A stretch of DNA of 64,000 bases from Lepidodermella squamata (taxonomy: Eukaryota; Animalia; Gastrotricha), in the NCBI GenBank assembly GCA_047495785.1, contig JBLDXI010000028.1:310001-374000 (forward strand). Reading direction: 5' to 3'. A program made the position numbers and the translations under genes. Below the pieces are notes generated by a model that was not told where the DNA came from, searched no databases, and worked only from the letters and a program-made list of their open reading frames with translations. Of this stretch, positions 1-10,386 are shown one piece after another (the stretch's first letter is position 1; each line of letters opens with the position of its first letter).

Positions 1-299
1 TTACATTCAAATCGAAGCCATCCATAGTCAATAAAGTCGCAGTAAAGGTAGATTCTGAGCTATCAGATTTACTCGGTGTAACTATTAGGGGCTTAGACTA
101 TCAAGGCAAGGAATTAGCGATTCCACTCAGACACCAGACACAATCTCACTATTTAAAGTCTTTATCAGTCTATTTCGCTGGACGTTGTCAAAAGTAGCCG
201 GCGAAAGAAGTTGGTTGTTGTAAAAATTGATGTGGAAATTTTTGTTTACCAAATTTAAAATATCTGGATTTCTGAATTTAGGAAATGCCCACTTGATTA

Positions 300-700
300 T
301 AAAAGTAAGGGTCTTACTTTTAGCGGAACCAAATTTCACTGTTGCGGAACCAAATTTTGGAATTTTCAATGGGCCTAAAACCCATTTTCGAAGCTTTTAA
401 GGATGTTAGGAGTGATCGACATAATTTAAAATAAATTATCTTTGAATTCAGCGTGAAATTCCGTATATGACACATTCTTCACCATTGCCTTAATTTCGTG
501 GAATTATTCGAAAAGCGACCTTTTTCCTATCTAAAATTAGGTTCCGCAACATGCGGTACCATGGTACGTCTCATGGCGGATTTGGTTCCGCTACAGCCAC
601 ATTTGGTTCTGCAACTGGCGAATTTGGTTCCGCTAAAAGATATTCTGTAAAAGTAACATGGCTATAAAAATGCTAAATCCGCGTTCGTAGGTTTCACAAA
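300..700. repeat. Dispersed MITE-like repeat with inverted arrays of GCGGAACCAAAT / ATTTGGTTCCGC units
   Basis: Units at ~322-360 are reverse complements of units at ~540-635. The same layout, ending ...GGTTCCG(C/A)TAAAAGATATTC, recurs at 45890-46190 and partly at 54320-54360. Boundaries approximate. Confidence 0.65.
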
Positions 701-1028
701 GTTTTTCGCAAAATGCTAAGTTGGAATAAGTTGGGCCCACGACAGAGCGAGCCAAAAATGTCAAAAAGAATTATTCTAAATTACGGCTTTATTGACAAAA
801 ATAGTAACGCTTACCTGTAGCATTAGGCAAAATCTTGGGCAAAATAAATAAAAATTTCTACTTGGGTAGAATGCGCCGTACAAGCCTTCATTAGTCCAGA
901 TAATGCTGTGCAATATCGCATTTTTGGACTAACCCAGCAAAATTGTCTATAACATTATGGCGGTTCTTGACGCCGTTCTGCTATCGCTAATTGCATGCGA
1001 GGCTGAAAGATTGTCGTAAAAAAAGTGC

Positions 1029-1142
1029 GTGGACAATAATTGAAATGAGCACGGCCGAACATCGCACGCGTTGTAGTCACCGTCACCTCGAAGACGCGCG
1101 AAAATTCATGGCAATTATTATCAGGCTCCTATATTGCGCAAT
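1029..1142 (+). promoter_or_regulatory. Upstream block conserved between Cys-repeat paralogs, with C/EBP palindrome ATTGCGCAAT (1133-1142)
   Basis: GTGGACAATAATTGA(A/G)ATGAGCAC...GAAGACGCGCGA...ATTGCGCAAT also occurs at 4848-4957 upstream of paralog 2. Confidence 0.55.
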
Positions 1143-1260
1143 CATCACGCTGCTAATATTTAAAAGCAGCAAAAACCACCTGTATACATCTTGTCGATTA
1201 GTTTTTTCATATACTTTTTTTCACAGTCGCAGAATCGCAGTAGTGACGTTTGCGTGAATC

Positions 1261-3638
1261 ATGGTGACGCGAATGGATGTGTTTGCCGTCACTGGTTTCG
1301 TTTTGCTGATTTTCTACCTCGTTGCCGTGAAGAGCGATCCTACATGTGAGAATTTGCCTGAAAATATCCTATCCAAATTAGATATAACTCGTTTACTTAT
1401 TTATCATTTTTATATCCTGTGCTATAATGGGAAGAACAGTTGTTCATCATATGCATTGCAATTTTTGGTTCTACGACAAATTAGCCAGAATTTTACAGTC
1501 AACGACAACTCAGCTAAAATTCAAAGTTTAATTTTAAATAAATTAAAACGACATTGCAGCCAAAACTCAGCCGAAAATTCATTAATGTCATAAAAATGGG
1601 CAATTAATTGCGTAATATCAATCAAATGGTTCGAGAGGGCGTCTGGGAACGATCGCAGACCCGGCGGAATAAATTCTAATAATTTAAAAAACTTGTCAAT
1701 TCCTAATTGTTATGTTATTTTGCAGTTCGATGCATCGACTCGGTGACCTTGGCCTTTGTCGGCTGTCGCCCAGCATGCCAGGAGCAACTCGGCGAGACGC
1801 CACTGGGTCCAGCATTAGAGAACGAGAACTTTTGCCGCTTTGGGGTCGGTTTTGCGAAAACCTAAAACAATTGAAATTAAGAATTTTAATCGTATTTCAA
1901 TCGCTTGCTTTTAAATTGCCTAAATGAACTATTGATTAATTATTTCAAATTATTACTGTGTTCCGTTTTTAGATTGCGTATGGATGCTATGAGGGTGAAG
2001 TATTGAAACAATGCTTAGGCGATAACATGGAGTGTCCGAGTGACCAGGTTAATGTCTCAAATTAACTATGTACCATTTTGATGATCTATAACTCTGCTTT
2101 TACCTATCCTGCATCAGATTACGCTTTCTATTGGTGATGGCGCTTTTTTCGGCGACAACTACGATGGTTGCTTGTTGGGAATTGATGCAACTCCACAGCC
2201 GCCTACTTCAGAACCAACGGCCATGACTCCAGAGCCTATTATTACGACTCCACCTCCTGAGCCAACGACTCCCTCTACAAATGTAAGCCTTCTGAAAATT
2301 TCAAAAATATGTTAAAATGCTATGAAATTAATGTTACTAAAATCGGCCGTTACATTTTAACAATGGCTTTATTTTCCCCTTTTTTCCCAGTCGAAAAATG
2401 ATCCTTCTCTCACTCTGCGCACAGCATCAGCTGAATTCTGCGTTTTTCAATAGATTCATCATTTTTAAGCGACTTCTAAAAAAATGCGCAATTTTATATA
2501 AATTTAAAAATGTACGATTCACCAAATATTAATTTTCAATTATATTGAAAATTTCGAGGTTGAAATGTTAGCTGGTGTTATTAGGGCAAACGTGGTTTTT
2601 AAAAAGTCAATCATTCGATGAGACCCTCGTGGATTTATTTAATATTTAATACTATTTTTCTAATAATTTTCCGCATTCAGACCTTTGGGCGATGCATAAA
2701 CCGGGCGGATTCGCAGTACGTGGGCTGTCGAGACGGCGGATGTCTGCCGGGCGAAATTTCACTCGGTGGAGCTAACAAGGGCTGGAAGACATGCACACGA
2801 GGGGTTTGTTTCCTGCGATGATGATGATGTTCATTATCGCATTCTTATTTGTATGAATAATTATGGAATTCGTTTGATTTTTATTCAATTTTTCCAGGGT
2901 GCAAAGCGTTGCCTGAAAATAACGTCGAAGAAGCTTCGTTGCCTCCCGAACGATTTGCCGTGCGGAGATAATGAAATTCAGGTAGTGACATTTGAACTAA
3001 AATTTGACCGAATTTTTGGATTGACAATATCATTTTCAACAGCTTCCTGGGCTTTTCAATTACTACAAGTATTTCGGACGCAACTATGTCGCCTGCATGA
3101 ACTTGCCGATCGTGGTAAATAAACGCATAATTTCTCTTAGTAAAATCAGAAATCAAAATGTTGTGGAACCACTGAATCTAAAATGTTCTATGATTCGTCG
3201 GAAGGTTTGAAATTTGACTGGTTGTCCCAAAACATTTTCACTAAATTTCCGCGACACGCACCATTTATTTGTTCATTTTTCGCTAAATTTTGAAGACATC
3301 AAAAATTGAGGATTCCCTTGCTAATTGTTGAAGAAATTTCAATTTTCTGAAAAATCAATCTTTTCAATTCATGTATACAGGAACATATCAGGTGTTACAA
3401 GCGTGGGACTGCTCAAGTTGTCGATTGCCGCAAAAAATCGCAGGGCTGCAAAACCGGCGAGGTTCGTCGCTCTCTGATTTTCCTCTGGTCAAGATAATAG
3501 CAGTGATGTGTGTTTTTCCAGGTCGCAGGTCGTCTGACATATCGCAACGTCGACAAGTGTTACGCCTTTCGTCAGGGCTCTGTCGATGTAACACGTCCCG
3601 GGCTGGGTTGGTGGTGGTATTTTGATAGAGATATATAG
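1261..3638 (+). CDS. Secreted cysteine-rich repeat protein, paralog 1 (~306 aa, 9 exons, five four-Cys modules plus a Pro/Thr linker)
   Basis: Exons 1261-1345, 1726-1844, 1973-2047, 2118-2282, 2681-2803, 2898-2981, 3043-3114, 3381-3461, 3522-3638; all GT-AG and in frame. Signal peptide MVTRMDVFAVTGFVLLIFYLVAVKS. Exon-by-exon match to paralog 2. Confidence 0.85.
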
Positions 3639-4207
3639 AGATCGAGAGGGTTCGGCAGATAACACAGTTGAAAGTCAAGATGCGGAAGCCGTTATTAATT
3701 GACGTGGCTGAAATCCATGATAACATTTTGATGATTATTTTTATTATTTTTTCGTTTTTCTTGCGCTTATCTCACGACAACGAAATTCTGTCGTCACTGT
3801 ATGAATTGTGGCCAAATTGTAAAAGTTCAGGATGAGAATTATTTTCGTGAAACATGGCAATAAACTTTATTTATGACAATAACTTCTGGTTTTAGCCACC
3901 CTCCACGGGTAATTCAACAAGCAAAATATTCGGCTCTGTGTATTAGCGTTTCCGAAAGTCATTTAAAACTTGAATCTTCATTTGTCTTATTATGTAGCAA
4001 CATCGGTGGCCGGCTAACAGCCGTCAATGTGGTCAAAACCAGCGCTGTTCCGTCTCGCAGCCAATTTTATCATGAAGTTGAAGGCTTGCTATTAAAAAAT
4101 TTCCTGATTTTTCAAACGGTTTTGAGCCTATATTAATTCATCAATAAATACCTATATAAATGCAATTTTCTCCTCTAATTTTTGAATTACACTTGATCCT
4201 ACAGAGC

Positions 4208-4365
4208 AGATATCGATTCCAAGTATCGCTTTTAAAAATCAGTGATTTTCCCGATATTAAGCCGCCCTGGAACCTAACATATTTTCTACGTAGTTTAGGA
4301 AACATTTAGTGCGAGGACGCTGAAATTTAGTGCTGGAACCTCATTTTTAATGGTGCCAATATTCT
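4208..4365 (+). repeat. Dispersed repeat (second copy ~5345-5540 in intron 1 of paralog 2; reverse fragment ~28050-28090)
   Basis: Shared GATATCGATTCCAAGTATCG...AAATTTAGTGCTGGAAC. Confidence 0.55.
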
Positions 4366-5074
4366 GAGTTCGTTGAAAATAAACATATTCCTCTATATAT
4401 TGTAAACGTAGCGATATTTTTAAATTCGCGGCCCATCAATTTCGGCATTTTGTCTTTGATCGACGGCAAATTTGACTTGAAAATTTGTCAAACCGCGACA
4501 TTGATCTACACGAATATTGCTACGCCTGCAATATTAAATAACTAATTGAACATTAGTTATCTGACATTTTCCATTGAATTGCTTACAGATTTATTGTTCG
4601 AAATTATAGCAACGTTCGGCTGGCTCTCTCCGCCACTCAACTTCTGATGCGGGAACGGCAGCTCAACATAATGATATAGGATTATAAAACGCGGCACAAG
4701 TATGACTAACAAGTTTGTAAAAGTCCGATTCTTTCAAACGAAATTTGTCGTCTTTCCCCGAAAAATTGTCCAGAATAAAATGACGGTGATTAGCCGTTCT
4801 ACTATCGCTCATTTGACGAGAGGCCCAGATTGTCGTAATATAGGTGAGTGGACAATAATTGAGATGAGCACTGCAAAGCACGAGCGCCGCAGTCGCCTCA
4901 TCGGTGAAGACGCGCGATATTTATTGCAATTATATTAAGGTGCCTTTATTGCGCAATACCTACGTATGAGGCAGTTTAAATACGGCGGCGGAAAATACTG
5001 TTAAAACCAGCCATTCGTTATTTTCTTCTCGTTAAAATTTTCACAGTCGCAAAAGTTGCAGTTGCAGTTTAAGC

Positions 5075-7610
5075 ATGTTGCGAAAAACCAGAAAATCGTT
5101 TGCCGTCGCTCGTCTCGTTTTGCTGATTCTTAACCTCGTCGCCGTGATGGGCCATCCAGAAGGTGGAGTTTTTAACTTGGAGGAATAGAGATCACTATTT
5201 TTACCTAAATTTTTACCTATTTTTTACCTAAAAATCGGCCATGTTATAGGTCCATCAGGATTAGATTATACTCATGATCCTGGCATATTTACTTTATGTT
5301 GTTTTTGTCACGTGTATTTCTATCAAATTCATCATATAGTAACGATATCGATTCCAAGTATCGATTTTACAAATCAGATCCCGATATCAGTCGTCTTGGC
5401 CCTCCCTGAAAATCCCAGGATGAGGGAGGGCATTGGTATATCGATCAAAAACCGAAAACGCCGAACTCGCTAAGTATCTGAGAGATGAAGTGCCAGGGCG
5501 CTTAAATTTAGTGCTGGAACTTCATTTTGTGTGGTGCAAATATTTGGACCCATTTTAAATGCTCTGATTTTCGATTTTTCAATTCAATTAGGTAGCCTGA
5601 CGAACCCCTTTGCAAATTTTGAATCTTTTGTGAAATGTCAGGGCCGTTTACTAACGGGAGAAATTCGCACATATCGGCGTGTATATTAGATATGAATCAT
5701 TCACTTGTGAATATTTATAAGAGTTCTTGCAAAAATTAGTACAAATTTTGAGAAAACAAGATATATAATTAATAAAATTCCAGTTAGATGCATCAACTCG
5801 GCGACCTTGGACTTCATCGACTGTCGCTCGGCTGCCACATCATGCAAGGCGCAACTGGGCGAGACTCAACTGGGTCCATCAATGTTAGAAAATTGCAACT
5901 CCGGGGTCGGTTTTACAAAAGCTTACCTACAAATTGAAATGATGAATTTCAACCGTTTCAATTTGTAGCTTAATAATCATGAATTTTTAAATAATTCATA
6001 CGTTGTTCCTCTTTTAGCCAGCCATTGGTTGCTATGCTGGCGCAGTGTTGAAACAATGCATAGGTGATAACATGGCGTGTCCGTATAACCAGGTTAATAC
6101 TCTCAATATATTACTGTACCATTTTGATCATCTATAACTTTTCTTTCGCCACATGCTAGAATTCGATTCGGTATAGCGGTAGCACTCTGTTCAGCGATAA
6201 CTATGCCACGTGTAGGAATCCACATCGAAATGTGAGTCTTCTGAAAATCTCACAAAGTGAAAAAATGCTAAAATTAATACCTCTCATTTATAATATTTTT
6301 GTTTTTTTTTCTCGATTTTCTTTAGGCTGTAATTGGCTGTTTCGTAGGAGGTACCCTGCAGAAATGCGGCCCAGCTTCAACGCCATGTGTAAGCGACCAG
6401 GTACGTATAGTATATGATAAAAGTGTGGTAAAAGGCCTGCTGTTTTTATTTATCCTTCTCTGCTTTTAATTCAGGCGACCAAGGTCACGTACGACAGCGC
6501 TAGTAATTACGACGACAACTACGCCGAATGCATGAGCCACATGCCGCAAATTCCTCGGACTGTAAGTCTGCAGAAAATTTCAAAAAAAAAATTCAAAAAT
6601 GCCAACTGTTTTCTGCTGGTGTTGCACGGTTAAATTTTGAAGCAATCGAAATTTATTGATTTGTCGATTTTTTCATTTTCAATTTGATTTTTCTATGAAT
6701 ATTTAAAATTTATACAATCGAGCTTTTATTTTTATTAATTCTTCATTTCTTGGCCATAAGACGTACGAGCGATGCATGAATTTGGAGGATTCGCAGTACA
6801 TGGGCTGCCGACCTGGAAACTGTCTGTCAGGCGAAATTTCACTCGGTGGACCTAAGAAAAGCTGGAAGAAATGCATTCGAGGGGTTTGTTTTTCCACATC
6901 TTGGCACCGAATGTGCCTGTTTCAATCAATTTTCTTCTAATTTATGCAGCATGCAAAGCGTTGCTATGACAAGGCATCGAAAAAGATTCGCTGCATCCCG
7001 GAAGAATCTTCGTGCGATGTTGAGGTTGAGGATGAAGTAAGATTTTCGCGGTTTCCATCAAGTTCAACTCAATTTGTTCTATTCCTGAAATAAAAGCTTC
7101 CCGGCGCTTTCAAGTCTTACAAATATTTCGGCCGCAACTACGTCGCCTGCATGAACTTGCCTCCTGTGGTAAATCTACTAACATTTTCTCGTTATTTTAT
7201 TGAAATTTCTAAATTTTCATTTTAAAATAAAATTTCCTTTGATAATTTGACCGGCATTTGCTGAAAAAGTGACAGCTAGAAATTCGAAATGAACAAGTTT
7301 TGCTTATTTCTCATTTTGATCATTATAATTTCTGAAATTCTAGGAACACATCCGGTGTTTCAAAGCTGGAACTACTCAAGTGGTCGATTGCCGCAAAAAA
7401 TCCCATGGCTGCAAAACCGGCGAAGTTTGCTCTTGAACGGCATTTCATCATTGTACTATTACCCTTATATTAATTTTTAATTAGGTCGCGGGTCGCGAAA
7501 CTTACGAAAATGTCGACATGTGTTACGGCTATTTGCAGGGCAATCTGAATGTGCCAGATGGCAAGTTCAACAGATTAGGTTCGCCGGTCATCAACGTTCG
7601 AGGCTCGTAA
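5075..7610 (+). CDS. Secreted cysteine-rich repeat protein, paralog 2 (~335 aa, 11 exons, six four-Cys modules)
   Basis: Exons 5075-5162, 5784-5905, 6018-6092, 6160-6231, 6326-6400, 6475-6561, 6761-6883, 6950-7036, 7097-7168, 7344-7424, 7485-7610; in frame with GT-AG junctions. Signal peptide MLRKTRKSFAVARLVLLILNLVAVMG. YKYFGRNYVACMNLP is identical to paralog 1. Confidence 0.85.
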
Positions 7611-7790
7611 CTCATCCATTGAAAGCAGATGCTTGATTCTTCAAAATGCATATCTTTATTGACCTGAGACATTTATTGAACTTATACTGAATAACGTTTC
7701 CTTTTTTCGCCCATATTAACGAATAAACACCTGGTGTATGACCGATGATCTTGCCCGTTGTTTTATTTTCTGTCTAATGTGTTTTCGCTC

Positions 7791-8444
7791 TATCGGTGTG
7801 GGGTAACTTGGCCGGAAATATGGTTTTTTGAACCTATTACGTCTCCGGTAACTTGTTTCGCTTTAAATTTTATACCAAAAAAATCTCCGTTCCATTCTCA
7901 ATCGATTAGTCAATATCCGGTCGACGACCGATAAAGTCAATCGATTCTGTGAAGGTTGAAGTGATCTTGACAAAGTGGGGTAACTTGGCCGCATAACTTG
8001 GCGATGAACCATCTGGCAGAAACTAGGGCGATGATTCATCACGCCCTCTCATATCTAGGTCAAATTTTAGTGCGCATTTCGCACGTTAAAAATCGCCCAA
8101 GTTACCCCACAAAATTCAGGCAATTACCGCTCGCAATTGCGACATCAGTTTTCTGAGTTCAAGGTGTCATTTGAAAGATGTAACCGAGGGGAACCTTTCT
8201 GTGAAATCGCCGTCTTCCTCCGATCCCACTATTCCTTGTTATAAATGCTCAAAATCTCAGCGCCTAAAATGAACGAGTTGGTACTGACTTTCCTTGTCAT
8301 TTAAAAAACGATTTTCGAATTCGGGAGTTGCAGCTCAGGTGGCAAGGAATGTTCCTATGAAAAAAATTTCGTGAACAAGATTTTTCTCGATGTAATATCG
8401 ACCAGAAGGCGACTTTTACGGCCAAGTTACCCCACTCAACGGTA
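7791..8444. mobile_element. Non-autonomous DNA transposon (MITE), TA-flanked
   Basis: Inverted ends GTGGGGTAACTTGGCCG / CGGCCAAGTTACCCCAC, with internal copies of the motif at ~7976 and ~8094; TA on both flanks. Confidence 0.65.
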
Positions 8445-8618
8445 GTTTTTGTTTAATTTTTGCATGGTAAGTAAAGCAGGTCTGATAACCAAAAATAACA
8501 TTTCAACCTAACGCATCCGACCAGTCTCGTTTTTGAGCTTTTTAGTTGATTTTAGCAGGGCCTATCCGATATCTTCAGTCCAAGCGATAAATCATTGATA
8601 AATCATTGACCTTATAAG

Positions 8619-8998
8619 AACAGCTTGGCCTTGATGGAATCCGTTTGCTTATTTGTCAGCAGGAAGGTCATTGATAACTATCGTCCCAAAGAGCCGAGGC
8701 CGTCTATCATCAACGAGCAACGAGTCGTGTACCATTTTAAATGTGCTCGGTGTGATGCTGATTATGTCGGGATGACATCCCGACACTTACACCTACGCGT
8801 TGAGCGTGGACATAGATACACCGAAATCGGTAAACACATGCAGAGCCATGGCGTTGCGAAAGAGAAGATCGACAAGAATTTCAAAGTGCTAATGAAAGGA
8901 CGAAACAAATGGGACTGCCTGATCTTAGAAATGTCGGCAATTAGGAAGATAAAGCCTAATATGAATAAGCAAACGGATTCCATCAAGGCCAAGCTGTT
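8619..8998 (+). mobile_element. 5'-truncated Penelope-like element (GIY-YIG endonuclease C-terminus)
   Basis: VVYHFKCARCDADYVGMTSRHLHLRV...GKHM...LILEMSAIRKIKPNMN matches the PLE GIY-YIG pattern (VY-x-C-x2-C-x-YVG-T-R-L-R). A perfect 35-bp inverted copy of the 3' end (8964-8998) sits at the 5' end (8619-8653). Confidence 0.8.
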
Positions 8999-10386
8999 TA
9001 CAGAGCCCATTTTTCATGAAAAATGCAAGCGGACAATCAAGCAGAAAATTAGCCGGAACTGCAGGAGAGCTCTGGGGATTTTAGTTTCTATTATTTAAGA
9101 TGAAATTAGGATCGTATGAGCCATTTCATTTTCTTCGTCAGACCCGCGCGGCATAAAACAGGTGTTCAAATTCGCTAAGGAATACAAAGTAGACATTTCT
9201 ATCATGCTTTTGCGTATTTAGATTACTTTTTGCTCTACGCAACCATGTAGTGTGAATTCCTTACTTTATTTCGAATAATTCAAGCTAAATAATAAATTCT
9301 GAAAGTGAAAACGCATCAATCATCAACCAGCACCGCGCCCGCCACCGAACTGTACTAGGTCCATAATTCTGCACCCGCTGCTACTTTCGACACGCGGGCC
9401 GTAGTTTGAGATAGAACTACCGCCTCAATGAGCATACAAATCTCATCTAAGAAGGACACTCGCAAAAGACTTTTACTGACTCTACCATAGCAAAAATTGA
9501 AAGTTGCTTGCCATTTGACAATTATATCTATATCTAATATACGCATTCTTCTTTGGAGCCTGACGATGGCCACTTTCTGGCGGAAACTGTTGCTCCATCA
9601 CTCTTTAAAATAAGAAAGGCTGTGAAACTGCCATTGCTTTAGAGCAGCTTCTGGGTGTTCCTGATGATTGCCGAACCCACACGATAACGCGACCCATGTC
9701 ATATCTAAATACGATGTTAGGATTTTCTTTGTTCAGTTGTTTCAGATAACATTTAACGGCATGCATTTTGTATATACCCTAACTAAGTCGCTGATTTCCC
9801 GCAGGTGACTGATGTTCCACAGCGTTGATTTCTCGGTTTCTTGACTTTATTCGCCCAGAACTTTCCTCACTATTGCAGTCATCATAATTTGTTCAGATCA
9901 CTTGATTCCTGTTTTGATTATTTCTGGGGATTTTCACGTACGCCTTGGTTGAGAGGCTCTCATACTAGTAGGTCTAATGGCGACTGCGGTCCGAGAAAAT
10001 TTCTTGGATCAAGAATTACTTGAAGGTTGAAGGCTGAAGATAAGGTTGTTAGGAATGCTAAAGTAACCTGGGAAAGCCGAATAACCCTGCCTAGCCATAG
10101 AGAACGTAGAGCGCAAACTTGTAGATCATTACGTGTTCTCCATGTGCCAAAAGCTGAGATCATTAGTATTGCAGAAAGCTTTTCGACGTTAATGAAGCCC
10201 AAATGCATCCTATAATTAGACTCAGAAATATTAATTTCTCACGTCCCGATCTGAAAAATGACACAGTTGCACGTGGTTAATTATTAATTCGCACGCCACC
10301 CACCTGAAAGTTGAATGACTTCAACCTCAAACTGCCCAATGATACGAAATGCATAGCTAAACGAAAATATTGACAGGGAAGAGAAA

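Noticed and set aside
991-1257. Paired ORFs here and at 4702-4938 sharing WTIIEMSTA
   Set aside because: Similarity reflects the duplicated promoter block; neither has coding hallmarks.
9340-10230. Possible coding remnant upstream of the GPCR
   Set aside because: The frames examined are interrupted by stops and show no recognisable motif.
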